From Eledone cirrhosa (Eukaryota), in assembly GCA_964016885.1 (NCBI GenBank), contig OZ024740.1, positions 389,670,001 to 389,734,000 on the forward strand: 64,000 nt of DNA, given 5' to 3'. The translations under genes were made by a program, and so were the position numbers. Shown one piece after another: positions 28,551 through 42,243 of the stretch; position 1 is the stretch's first letter; every line of letters begins with the position of its first letter. The notes beneath the pieces were generated by a model. It was not told where the DNA came from. It searched no databases and saw nothing but the letters and a program-made list of their open reading frames with translations.

Positions 28551-28810
28551 ATTCATGTTCTGTCGGAGTCAGAACCTCTATTTATTCATGTTCTGTCGCA
28601 GTTAGAACCTCTTGTCGGAGTCAGAACCTCTATTTATTCATGTTCTGTCGGTGTTAGAACCTCTATTTATGCATGTTCTGTCGGAGTTAGAACCTCTATT
28701 TATTCATGTTCTGTCGGAGTTAGAACCTCTATTTATTCATGTTCTGTCGGAGTTAGAACCTCTATTTATTCATGTTCTGTCGGAGTTAGAACCTCTGTTT
28801 ATTCATGTTC
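28114..28810. repeat. 250-bp unit (7x33+19) x~3 carrying the TTATGCATG variant; present as a pair near 5524, 8318, 18419, 24531 and 35021
   Basis: ORF starts at 28112/28362/28612; ATGCAT variant in the second monomer of each unit. Confidence 0.88.
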
Positions 28811-30969
28811 TGTCGCAGTTAGAACCTCTATTTATTCATGTTCTGTGGTAGTTATAACCTCTATTTATTCATGTTCTGTCGGAGTTATAACCACTTGTCG
28901 GAGTCAGTACCTCTATTTATTCATGTTCTTTCGGAGTTAGAACCTCTGTTTATTCATGTTCTTTCGGAGTTAGAACCTCTGTTTATTCATGTTCTTTCGG
29001 AGTTAGAACCTCTGTTTATTCATGTTCTGCCGCAGTTAGAACCTCTTGTCGGAGTTAGAACCTCCGTTTATTCATGTTTCTCGGAGTTAGAATCTCTGTT
29101 TATTCATGTTCTTTCGGAGTTAGAACCTCTATTTATTCATGTTCTGTCGCAGTTAGAACCTCTTGTCGGAGTTAGAACCTCTATACATTCATGTTCTTTC
29201 GGAGTTAGAACCTCTATTTATTCATGTTCTGTCGGAGTTAGAACCTCTGTTTATTCATGTTCTGTCGGAGTTAGAACCTCTGTTTATTCATGTTCTGTCG
29301 GAGTTAGAACCTCTGTTTATTCATGTTCTTTCGGAGTTAGAACCTCTATTTATTCATGTTCTGTCGGAGTCAGAAGCTCTATTTATTCATGTTCTGTCGG
29401 AGTTAGAACCTCTTGTCGGAGTTAGAACCTCTATTTATTCATGTTCTGTCAGAGTTAAAACCTCTATTTATTCATGTTCTGTCGGAGTTAGAACCTCTAT
29501 TTATTCATGTTCTTTCGGAGTTAGAACCTCTATTTATTCATGTTCTGTCGGAGTTAGAACCTCTGTTTATTCATGTTCTGTCGCAGTTAGAACCTCTATT
29601 TATTCATGTTCTGTGGTAGTTATAACCTCTATTTATTCATGTTCTGTCGGAGTCAGAACCTCTATTTATTCATGTTCTGTCGCAGTTATAACCACTTGTC
29701 GGAGTCAGTACCTCTATTTATTCATGTTCTTTCGGAGTTAGAACCTCTGTTTATTCATGTTCTTTCGGAGTTAGAACCTCTGTTTATTCATGTTCTTTCG
29801 GAGTTAGAACCTCTGTTTATTCATGTTCTGCCGCAGTTAGAACCTCTTGTCGGAGTTAGAACCTCCGTTTATTCATGTTTCTCGGAGTTAGAACCTCTGT
29901 TTATTCATGTTCTTTCGGAGTTAGAACCTCTGTTTATTCATGTTCTGCCGCAGTTAGAACCTCTTGTCGGAGTTAGAACCTCCGTTTATTCATGTTTCTC
30001 GGAGTTAGAACCTCTGTTTATTCATGTTCTTTCGGAGTTAGAACCTCTATTTATTCATGTTCTGTCGCAGTTAGAACCTCTTGTCGGAGTTAGAACCTCT
30101 ATACATTCATGTTCTTTCGGAGTTAGAACCTCTATTTATTCATGTTCTGTCGGAGTTAGAACCTCTGTTTATTCATGTTCTGTCGGAGTTAGAACCTCTG
30201 TTTATTCATGTTCTGTCGGAGTTAGAACCTCTGTTTATTCATGTTCTTTCGGAGTTAGAACCTCTATTTATTCATGTTCTGTCGGAGTTAGAACCTCTGT
30301 TTATTCATGTTCTGTCGGAGTCAGAACCTCTATTTATTCATGTTCTGTCGGAGTTAGAAACTCTGTTTATTCATGTTCTGTCGGAGTCAGAACCTCTATT
30401 TATTCATGTTCTGTCGGAGTTAGAAACTCTGTTTATTCATGTTCTGTCGGAGTCAGAACCTCTGTTTATTCATGTTCTGTCGCAGTTAGAACCTCTATTT
30501 ATTCATGTTCTGTGGGAGTTAGAACCTCGATTTATTCATGTTCTGTCGGAGTTAGAACCTCTGTTTATTCATGTTCTGTCGGAGTCAGAAGCTCTATTTA
30601 TTCATGTTCTGTCGGAGTTAGAACCTCTGTTTATTCATGTTCTGTCGGAGTCAGAAGCTCTATTTATTCATGTTCTGTCGGAGTTAGAACCTCTGTTTAT
30701 TCATGTTCTGTCGGAGTCAGAACCTCTATTTATTCATGTTCTGTCGGAGTTAGAACCGCTGTTTATTCATGTTCTGTCGGAATCAGAAGCCCTATTTATT
30801 CATGTTCTGTCGGAGTTAGAACCTCTATTTATTCATGTTCTGTCGGAGTTAGAACCTCTGTTTATTCATGTTCTGTCGGAGTCAGAACCTCTATTTATTC
30901 ATGTTCTGTCGGAGTTAGAACCGCTGTTTATTCATGTTCTGTCGGAATCAGAAGCCCTATTTATTCATG

Positions 30970-33900
30970 TTCTGTCGGCGTTAGAACCTCTATTTATTCA
31001 TGTTCTGTCGGAGTTAGAACCTCTATTTATTCATGTTCTGTCGGAGTTAGAACCTCTGTTTATTCATGTTCTGTCGGAGTCAGAACCTCTATTTATTCAT
31101 GTTCTGTCGCAGTTAGAACCTCTTGTCGGAGTCAGAACCTCTATTTATTCATGTTCTGTCGGTGTTAGAACCTCTATTTATGCATGTTCTGTCGGAGTTA
31201 GAACCTCTATTTATTCATGTTCTGTCGGAGTTAGAACCTCTATTTATTCATGTTCTGTCGGAGTTAGAACCTCTATTTATTCATGTTCTGTCGGAGTTAG
31301 AACCTCTGTTTATTCATGTTCTGTCGCAGTTAGAACCTCTATTTATTCATGTTCTGTGGTAGTTATAACCTCTATTTATTCATGTTCTGTCGGAGTTATA
31401 ACCACTTGTCGGAGTCAGTACCTCTATTTATTCATGTTCTTTCGGAGTTAGAACCTCTGTTTATTCATGTTCTTTCGGAGTTAGAACCTCTGTTTATTCA
31501 TGTTCTTTCGGAGTTAGAACCTCTGTTTATTCATGTTCTGCCGCAGTTAGAACCTCTTGTCGGAGTTAGAACCTCCGTTTATTCATGTTTCTCGGAGTTA
31601 GAACCTCTGTTTATTCATGTTCTTTCGGAGTTAGAACCTCTATTTATTCATGTTCTGTCGCAGTTAGAACCTCTTGTCGGAGTTAGAACCTCTATACATT
31701 CATGTTCTTTCGGAGTTAGAACCTCTATTTATTCATGTTCTGTCGGAGTTAGAACCTCTGTTTATTCATGTTCTGTCGGAGTTAGAACCTCTGTTTATTC
31801 ATGTTCTGTCGGAGTTAGAACCTCTGTTTATTCATGTTCTTTCGGAGTTAGAACCTCTATTTATTCATGTTCTGTCGGAGTCAGAAGCTCTATTTATTCA
31901 TGTTCTGTCGGAGTTAGAACCTCCTGTCGGAGTTAGAACCTCTATTTATTCATGTTCTGTCAGAGTTAAAACCTCTATTTATTCATGTTCTGTCGGAGTT
32001 AGAACCTCTATTTATTCATGTTCTTTCGGAGTTAGAACCTCTATTTATTCATGTTCTGTCGGAGTTAGAACCTCTGTTTATTCATGTTCTGTCGCAGTTA
32101 GAACCTCTATTTATTCATGTTCTGTGGTAGTTATAACCTCTATTTATTCATGTTCTGTCGGAGTCAGAACCTCTATTTATTCATGTTCTGTCGCAGTTAT
32201 AACCACTTGTCGGAGTCAGTACCTCTATTTATTCATGTTCTTTCGGAGTTAGAACCTCTGTTTATTCATGTTCTTTCGGAGTTAGAACCTCTGTTTATTC
32301 ATGTTCTTTCGGAGTTAGAACCTCTGTTTATTCATGTTCTGCCGCAGTTAGAACCTCTTGTCGGAGTTAGAACCTCCGTTTATTCATGTTTCTCGGAGTT
32401 AGAACCTCTGTTTATTCATGTTCTTTCGGAGTTAGAACCTCTGTTTATTCATGTTCTGCCGCAGTTAGAACCTCTTGTCGGAGTTAGAACCTCCGTTTAT
32501 TCATGTTTCTCGGAGTTAGAACCTCTGTTTATTCATGTTCTTTCGGAGTTAGAACCTCTATTTATTCATGTTCTGTCGCAGTTAGAACCTCTTGTCGGAG
32601 TTAGAACCTCTATACATTCATGTTCTTTCGGAGTTAGAACCTCTATTTATTCATGTTCTGTCGGAGTTAGAACCTCTGTTTATTCATGTTCTGTCGGAGT
32701 TAGAACCTCTGTTTATTCATGTTCTGTCGGAGTTAGAACCTCTGTTTATTCATGTTCTGTCGGAGTTAGAACCTCTGTTTATTCATGTTCTGTCGGAGTT
32801 AGAACCTCTGTTTATTCATGTTCTTTCGGAGTTAGAACCTCTATTTATTCATGTTCTGTCGCAGTTAGAACCTCTTGTCGGAGTTAGAACCTCTATACAT
32901 TCATGTTCTTTCGGAGTTAGAACCTCTATTTATTCATGTTCTGTCGGAGTTAGAACCTCTGTTTATTCATGTTCTGTCGGAGTTAGAACCTCTGTTTATT
33001 CATGTTCTGTCGGAGTTAGAACCTCTGTTTATTCATGTTCTTTCGGAGTTAGAACCTCTATTTATTCATGTTCTGTCGGAGTCAGAAGCTCTATTTATTC
33101 ATGTTCTGTCGGAGTTAGAACCTCTTGTCGGAGTTAGAACCTCTATTTATTCATGTTCTGTCAGAGTTAAAACCTCTATTTATTCATGTTCTGTCGGAGT
33201 TAGAACCTCTATTTATTCATGTTCTTTCGGCGTTAGAACCTCTATTTATTCATGTTCTGTCGGAGTTAGAACCTCTGTTTATTCATGTTCTGTCGCAGTT
33301 AGAACCTCTATTTATTCATGTTCTGTGGTAGTTATAACCTCTATTTATTCATGTTCTGTCGGAGTCAGAACCTCTATTTATTCATGTTCTGTCGCAGTTA
33401 TAACCACTTGTCGGAGTCAGTACCTCTATTTATTCATGTTCTTTCGGAGTTAGAACCTCTGTTTATTCATGTTCTTTCGGAGTTAGAACCTCTGTTTATT
33501 CATGTTCTTTCGGAGTTAGAACCTCTGTTTATTCATGTTCTGCCGCAGTTAGAACCTCTTGTCGGAGTTAGAACCTCCGTTTATTCATGTTTCTCGGAGT
33601 TAGAACCTCTGTTTATTCATGTTCTTTCGGAGTTAGAACCTCTATTTATTCATGTTCTGTCGCAGTTAGAACCTCTTGTCGGAGTTAGAACCTCTATACA
33701 TTCATGTTCTTTCGGAGTTAGAACCTCTATTTATTCATGTTCTGTCGGAGTTAGAACCTCTGTTTATTCATGTTCTGTCGGAGTTAGAACCTCTGTTTAT
33801 TCATGTTCTGTCGGAGTTAGAACCTCTGTTTATTCATGTTCTTTCGGAGTTAGAACCTCTATTTATTCATGTTCTGTCGGAGTCAGAAGCTCTATTTATT

Positions 33901-34260
33901 CATGTTCTGTCGGAGTTAGAACCTCTTGTCGGAGTTAGAACCTCTATTTATTCATGTTCTGTCAGAGTTAAAACCTCTATTTATTCATGTTCTGTCGGAG
34001 TTAGAACCTCTATTTATTCATGTTCTTTCGGAGTTAGAACCTCTATTTATTCATGTTCTGTCGGAGTTAGAACCTCTGTTTATTCATGTTCTGTCGAAGT
34101 TAGAACCTCTGTTTATTCATGTTCTGTCGGAGTCAGAACCTTATTTTTTCATGTTCTGTCGCAGTTAGAATCTCTTGTCGGAGTTAGAACCTCTATTTAT
34201 TCATGTTCTGTCGGAGTTAGAACCTCTGTTTATTCATGTTCTGTCGGAGTCAGAACCTCT
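30970..34260. repeat. Dispersed copy of ~8410-11700 at a constant 22,557-bp offset
   Basis: 8566/31123, 8792/31349, 9117/31674, 9560/32117, 10035/32592, 10568/33125, 11119/33676, 11618/34175. Confidence 0.88.
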
Positions 34261-34739
34261 ATTTATTCATGTTCTGTCGAAGTTAGAAACTCTGTTTATT
34301 CATGTTCTGTCGGAGTCAGAACCTCTATTTATTCATGTTCTGTCGGAGTTAGAACCGCTGTTTATTCATGTTCTGTCGGAATCAGAAGCCCTATTTATTC
34401 ATGTTCTGTCGGAGTTAGAACCTCTATTTATTCATGTTCTGTCGGAGTTAGAACCTCTGTTTATTCATGTTCTGTCGGAGTCAGAACCTCTATTTATTCA
34501 TGTTCTGTCAGAGTTAAAACCTCTATTTATTCATGTTCTGTCGGAGTTAGAACCGCTGTTTATTCATGTTCTGTCGGAATCAGAAGCCCTATTTATTCAT
34601 GTTCTGTCGGAGTTAGAACCTCTATTTATTCATGTTCTGTCGGAGTTAGAACCTCTGTTTATTCATGTTCTGTCGGAGTTAGAACCTCTATTTATTCATG
34701 TTCTGTCAGAGTTAAAACCTCTATTTATTCATGTTCTGT

Positions 34740-37700
34740 CGGAGTTAGAACCGCTGTTTATTCATGTTCTGTCGGAATCAGAAGCCCTATTTATTCATGT
34801 TCTGTCGGAGTTAGAACCTCTATTTATTCATGTTCTGTCGGAGTTAGAACCTCTGTTTATTCATGTTCTGTCGCAGTTAGAACCTCTATTTATTCATGTT
34901 CTGTGGGAGTTAGAACCTCTGTTTATTCATGTTCTGTCGGAGTTAGAACCTCTGTTTATTCATGTTCTGTCGGAGTCAGAACCTCTATTTATTCATGTTC
35001 TGTCGCAGTTAGAACCTCTTGTCGGAGTCAGAACCTCTATTTATTCATGTTCTGTCGGAGTTAGAACCTCTATTTATGCATGTTCTGTCAGAGTTAGAAC
35101 CTCTATTTATTCATGTTCTGTCGGCGTTAGAACCTCTATTTATTCATGTTCTGTCGGAGTTAGAACCTCTATTTATTCATGTTCTGTCGGAGTTAGAACC
35201 TCTGTTTATTCATGTTCTGTCGGAGTCAGAACCTCTATTTATTCATGTTCTGTCGCAGTTAGAACCTCTTGTCGGAGTCAGAACCTCTATTTATTCATGT
35301 TCTGTCGGTGTTAGAACCTCTATTTATGCATGTTCTGTCGGAGTTAGAACCTCTATTTATTCATGTTCTGTCGGAGTTAGAACCTCTATTTATTCATGTT
35401 CTGTCGGAGTTAGAACCTCTATTTATTCATGTTCTGTCGGAGTTAGAACCTCTGTTTATTCATGTTCTGTCGCAGTTAGAACCTCTATTTATTCATGTTC
35501 TGTGGTAGTTATAACCTCTATTTATTCATGTTCTGTCGGAGTTATAACCACTTGTCGGAGTCAGTACCTCTATTTATTCATGTTCTTTCGGAGTTAGAAC
35601 CTCTGTTTATTCATGTTCTTTCGGAGTTAGAACCTCTGTTTATTCATGTTCTTTCGGAGTTAGAACCTCTGTTTATTCATGTTCTGCCGCAGTTAGAACC
35701 TCTTGTCGGAGTTAGAACCTCCGTTTATTCATGTTTCTCGGAGTTAGAACCTCTGTTTATTCATGTTCTTTCGGAGTTAGAACCTCTATTTATTCATGTT
35801 CTGTCGCAGTTAGAACCTCTTGTCGGAGTTAGAACCTCTATACATTCATGTTCTTTCGGAGTTAGAACCTCTATTTATTCATGTTCTGTCGGAGTTAGAA
35901 CCTCTGTTTATTCATGTTCTGTCGGAGTTAGAACCTCTGTTTATTCATGTTCTGTCGGAGTTAGAACCTCTGTTTATTCATGTTCTTTCGGAGTTAGAAC
36001 CTCTATTTATTCATGTTCTGTCGGAGTCAGAAGCTCTATTTATTCATGTTCTGTCGGAGTTAGAACCTCTTGTCGGAGTTAGAACCTCTATTTATTCATG
36101 TTCTGTCAGAGTTAAAACCTCTATTTATTCATGTTCTGTCGGAGTTAGAACCTCTATTTATTCATGTTCTTTCGGAGTTAGAACCTCTATTTATTCATGT
36201 TCTGTCGGAGTTAGAACCTCTGTTTATTCATGTTCTGTCGCAGTTAGAACCTCTATTTATTCATGTTCTGTGGTAGTTATAACCTCTATTTATTCATGTT
36301 CTGTCGGAGTCAGAACCTCTATTTATTCATGTTCTGTCGCAGTTATAACCACTTGTCGGAGTCAGTACCTCTATTTATTCATGTTCTTTCGGAGTTAGAA
36401 CCTCTGTTTATTCATGTTCTTTCGGAGTTAGAACCTCTGTTTATTCATGTTCTTTCGGAGTTAGAACCTCTGTTTATTCATGTTCTGCCGCAGTTAGAAC
36501 CTCTTGTCGGAGTTAGAACCTCCGTTTATTCATGTTTCTCGGAGTTAGAACCTCTGTTTATTCATGTTCTTTCGGAGTTAGAACCTCTATTTATTCATGT
36601 TCTGCCGCAGTTAGAACCTCTTGTCGGAGTTAGAACCTCCGTTTATTCATGTTTCTCGGAGTTAGAACCTCTGTTTATTCATGTTCTTTCGGAGTTAGAA
36701 CCTCTATTTATTCATGTTCTGTCGCAGTTAGAACCTCTTGTCGGAGTTAGAACCTCTATACATTCATGTTCTTTCGGAGTTAGAACCTCTATTTATTCAT
36801 GTTCTGTCGGAGTTAGAACCTCTGTTTATTCATGTTCTGTCGGAGTTAGAACCTCTGTTTATTCATGTTCTGTCGGAGTTAGAACCTCTGTTTATTCATG
36901 TTCTGTCGGAGTTAGAACCTCTGTTTATTCATGTTCTGTCGGAGTTAGAACCTCTATTTATTCATGTTCTGTCGCAGTTAGAACCTCTTGTCGGAGTTAG
37001 AACCTCTATACATTCATGTTCTTTCGGAGTTAGAACCTCTATTTATTCATGTTCTGTCGGAGTTAGAACCTCTGTTTATTCATGTTCTGTCGGAGTTAGA
37101 ACCTCTGTTTATTCATGTTCTGTCGGAGTTAGAACCTCTGTTTATTCATGTTCTTTCGGAGTTAGAACCTCTATTTATTCATGTTCTGTCGGAGTCAGAA
37201 GCTCTATTTATTCATGTTCTGTCGGAGTTAGAACCTCTTGTCGGAGTTAGAACCTCTATTTATTCATGTTCTGTCAGAGTTAAAACCTCTATTTATTCAT
37301 GTTCTGTCGGAGTTAGAACCTCTATTTATTCATGTTCTTTCGGCGTTAGAACCTCTATTTATTCATGTTCTGTCGGAGTTAGAACCTCTGTTTATTCATG
37401 TTCTGTCGCAGTTAGAACCTCTATTTATTCATGTTCTGTGGTAGTTATAACCTCTATTTATTCATGTTCTGTCGGAGTCAGAACCTCTATTTATTCATGT
37501 TCTGTCGCAGTTATAACCACTTGTCGGAGTCAGTACCTCTATTTATTCATGTTCTTTCGGAGTTAGAACCTCTGTTTATTCATGTTCTTTCGGAGTTAGA
37601 ACCTCTGTTTATTCATGTTCTTTCGGAGTTAGAACCTCTGTTTATTCATGTTCTGCCGCAGTTAGAACCTCTTGTCGGAGTTAGAACCTCCGTTAATTCA

Positions 37701-38140
37701 TGTTTCTCGGAGTTAGAACCTCTGTTTATTCATGTTCTTTCGGAGTTAGAACCTCTATTTATTCATGTTCTGTCGCAGTTAGAACCTCTTGTCGGAGTTA
37801 GAACCTCTATACATTCATGTTCTTTCGGAGTTAGAACCTCTATTTATTCATGTTCTGTCGGAGTTAGAACCTCTGTTTATTCATGTTCTGTCGGAGTTAG
37901 AACCTCTGTTTATTCATGTTCTGTCGGAGTTAGAACCTCTGTTTATTCATGTTCTTTCGGAGTTAGAACCTCTATTTATTCATGTTCTGTCGGAGTCAGA
38001 AGCTCTATTTATTCATGTTCTGTCGGAGTTAGAACCTCTTGTCGGAGTTAGAACCTCTATTTATTCATGTTCTGTCAGAGTTAAAACCTCTATTTATTCA
38101 TGTTCTGTCGGAGTTAGAACCTCTATTTATTCATGTTCTT
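34740..38140. repeat. Further dispersed copy of ~8040-11470 at 26,703/26,670-bp offset
   Basis: 8316/35019, 9117/35820 and 10035/36738 (26,703); 10318/36988 and 11119/37789 (26,670, one monomer fewer). Confidence 0.85.
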
Positions 38141-38889
38141 TCGGAGTTAGAAACTCTATTTATTCATGTTCTGTCGCAGTTAGAATCTCTTGTCGGAGTT
38201 AGAACCTCTATTTATTCATGTTCTGTCGGAGTTAGAACCTCTGTTTATTCATGTTCTGTCGGAGTCAGAACCTCTATTTATTCATGTTCTGTCGGAGTTA
38301 GAAACTCTGTTTATTCATGTTCTGTCGGAGTCAGAACCTCTATTTATTCATGTTCTGTCGGAATTAGAACCGCTGTTTATTTATGTTCTGTTGGAGTCAG
38401 AAGCTCTATTTATTCATGTTCTGTCGGAGTTAGAACCTCTGTTTATTCATGTTCTGTCGGAGTCAGAACCTCTATTTATTCATGTTCTGTCGGAGTTAGA
38501 ACCGCTGTTTATTCATGTTCTGTCGGAATCAGAACCTCTATTTATTCATGTTCTGTCGGAGTTAGAACCTCTATTTATTCATGTTCTGTCGGAGTTAGAA
38601 CCTCTGTTTATTCATGTTCTGTCGGAGTCAGAAGCTCTATTTATTCATGTTCTGTCGCAGTTAGAACCTCTTGTCGGAGTCAGTACCTCTATTTATTCAT
38701 GTTCTGTCCGAGTTAGAACCTCTATTTATTCATGTTCTGTCGGAGTTAGAACCTCTGTTTATTCATGTTCTGTCGGAGTCAGAAGCTCTATTTATTCATG
38801 TTCTGTCGCAGTTAGAACCTCTTGTCGGAGTCAGTACCTCTATTTATTCATGTTCTGTCGGAGTCAGAACCTCTATTTATTCATGTTCT

Positions 38890-41800
38890 GTCAGAGTTAG
38901 AACCTCTATTTATTCATGTTCTGTCGGAGTTAGAACCTCTATTTATTCATGTTCTGTCGGAGTTAGAACCTCTGTTTATTCATGTTCTGTCGGAGTTAGA
39001 ACCTCTGTTTATTAATGTTCTTTCGGAGTTAGAACCTCTGTTTATTCATGTTCTTTCGGAGTTAGAACCTCTATTTATTCATGTTCTGCCGCAGTTAGAA
39101 CCACTTGTCGGAGTTAGAACCTCTATTTATTAATGTTCTGTCGGAGTTAGAACCTCTGTTTATTCATGTTCTTTCGGAGTTAGAACCTCTGTATATTCAT
39201 GTTTCTCGGAGTTAGAACCTCTGTTTATTCATGTTCTTTCGGAGTTAGAACCTCTATTTATTCATGTTCTGTCAGAGTTAGAACTTCTATTTATTCTTGT
39301 TCTGTCGGAGTTAGAACCTCTATTTATTCATGTTCTGTCTGACTTAGAACCTCTGTTTATTCATGTTCTTTCGGAGTTAGAACCTCTCTTTGTTTATGTT
39401 CTGTCGCAGTTAGAACCACTATTTATTCATGTTCTGTCGGAGTTAGAACCTCTATTTATTCATGTTCTGTCGGAGTTAGAACATCTATTTATTCATGTTC
39501 TGTCGCAGTTAGAACCTCTGTTTATTCATGTTCTGTCGGAGTTAGAACCTCTTGTCGGAGTCAGAACCTCTATTTATTCATGTTCTTTCGGAGTTAGAAC
39601 CTCTATTTATTCATGTTCTGTGGGAGTTATAACCTCTATTTTTTCATGTTCTGTCGGAGTTAGAACCTCTGTTTATTCATGTTCTGTCGGAGTCAGAACC
39701 TCTTGTCGGAGTTAGAACCTCTGTTTATCCATGTTTCTCGGAGTTAGAACCTCTGTTTATTCATGTTCTGTCGGAGTTAGAACCTCTGTTTATTCATGTT
39801 CTGTCGGAGTTAGAACCTCTGTTTATTCATGTTCTGTCGGAGTTAGAACTTCTGTTTATTCGTGTTCTGTCGGACTTAGAACCTCTATACATTCATGTTC
39901 TTTCGGAGTTAGAACCTCTATTTATTCATGTTCTGTCGGAGTTAGAACCTCTGTTTATTCATGTTCTGTCGGAGTTAGAACTTCTGTTTATTCGTGTTCT
40001 GTCGGAGTCAGAACCTCTATTTATTCATGTTCTGTCAGAGTTAGAACCTCTATTTATTCATGTTCTGTCGCAGTTAGAACCTCTTGTCGGAGTTAGAACC
40101 TCTATACATTCATGTTCTTTCGGAGTTAGAACCTCTATTTATTCATGTTCTGTCGGAGTTAGAACCTCTGTTTATTCATGTTCTGTCGGAGTTAGAACCT
40201 CTGTTTATTCATGTTCTGTCGGAGTTAGAACCTCTGTTTATTCATGTTCTTTCGGAGTTAGAACCTCTATTTATTCATGTTCTGTCGGAGTCAGAAGCTC
40301 TATTTATTCATGTTCTGTCGGAGTTAGAACCTCTTGTCGGAGTTAGAACCTCTATTTATTCATGTTCTGTCAGAGTTAAAACCTCTATTTATTCATGTTC
40401 TGTCGGAGTTAGAACCTCTATTTATTCATGTTCTTTCGGCGTTAGAACATCTATTTATTCATGTTCTGTCGGAGTTAGAACCTCTGTTTATTCATGTTCT
40501 GTCGCAGTTAGAACCTCTATTTATTCATGTTCTGTGGTAGTTATAACCTCTATTTATTCATGTTCTGTCAGAGTTAGAACCTCTATTTATTCATGTTCTG
40601 TCGGAGTTAGAACCTCTATTTATTCATGTTCTGTCGGAGTTAGAACCTCTGTTTATTCATGTTCTGTCGGAGTTAGAACCTCTGTTTATTAATGTTCTTT
40701 CGGAGTTAGAACCTCTGTTTATTCATGTTCTTTCGGAGTTAGAACCTCTATTTATTCATGTTCTGCCGCAGTTAGAACCACTTGTCGGAGTTAGAACCTC
40801 TATTTATTAATGTTCTGTCGGAGTTAGAACCTCTGTTTATTCATGTTCTTTCGGAGTTAGAACCTCTGTATATTCATGTTTCTCGGAGTTAGAACCTCTG
40901 TTTATTCATGTTCTTTCGGAGTTAGAACCTCTATTTATTCATGTTCTGTCAGAGTTAGAACTTCTATTTATTCTTGTTCTGTCGGAGTTAGAACCTCTAT
41001 TTATTCATGTTCTGTCTGACTTAGAACCTCTGTTTATTCATGTTCTTTCGGAGTTAGAACCTCTCTTTGTTTATGTTCTGTCGCAGTTAGAACCACTATT
41101 TATTCATGTTCTGTCGGAGTTAGAACCTCTATTTATTCATGTTCTGTCGGAGTTAGAACATCTATTTATTCATGTTCTGTCGCAGTTAGAACCTCTGTTT
41201 ATTCATGTTCTGTCGGAGTTAGAACCTCTTGTCGGAGTCAGAACCTCTATTTATTCATGTTCTTTCGGAGTTAGAACCTCTATTTATTCATGTTCTGTGG
41301 GAGTTATAACCTCTATTTTTTCATGTTCTGTCGGAGTTAGAACCTCTGTTTATTCATGTTCTGTCGGAGTCAGAACCTCTTGTCGGAGTTAGAACCTCTG
41401 TTTATCCATGTTTCTCGGAGTTAGAACCTCTGTTTATTCATGTTCTGTCGGAGTTAGAACCTCTGTTTATTCATGTTCTGTCGGAGTTAGAACCTCTGTT
41501 TATTCATGTTCTGTCGGAGTTAGAACTTCTGTTTATTCGTGTTCTGTCGGACTTAGAACCTCTATACATTCATGTTCTTTCGGAGTTAGAACCTCTATTT
41601 ATTCATGTTCTGTCGGAGTTAGAACCTCTGTTTATTCATGTTCTGTCGGAGTTAGAACTTCTGTTTATTCGTGTTCTGTCGGAGTCAGAACCTCTATTTA
41701 TTCATGTTCTGTCAGAGTTAGAACCTCTATTTATTCATGTTCTGTCGCAGTTAGAACCTCTTGTCGGAGTTAGAACCTCTATACATTCATGTTCTTTCGG

Positions 41801-42243
41801 AGTTAGAACCTCTATTTATTCATGTTCTGTCGGAGTTAGAACCTCTGTTTATTCATGTTCTGTCGGAGTTAGAACCTCTGTTTATTCATGTTCTGTCGGA
41901 GTTAGAACCTCTGTTTATTCATGTTCTTTCGGAGTTAGAACCTCTATTTATTCATGTTCTGTCGGAGTCAGAAGCTCTATTTATTCATGTTCTGTCGGAG
42001 TTAGAACCTCTTGTCGGAGTTAGAACCTCTATTTATTCATGTTCTGTCAGAGTTAAAACCTCTATTTATTCATGTTCTGTCGGAGTTAGAACCTCTATTT
42101 ATTCATGTTCTTTCGGCGTTAGAACATCTATTTATTCATGTTCTGTCGGAGTTAGAACCTCTGTTTATTCATGTTCTGTCGCAGTTAGAACCTCTATTTA
42201 TTCATGTTCTGTGGTAGTTATAACCTCTATTTATTCATGTTCT
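38890..42243. repeat. Tandem 1677-bp duplication x2
   Basis: GTCAGAG unit starts at 38890/40567; ORFs 39731/41408, 40084/41761 and 40334/42011 match; shared private GGCGTTAGAACATCT and TTATCCATG variants. Confidence 0.92.
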
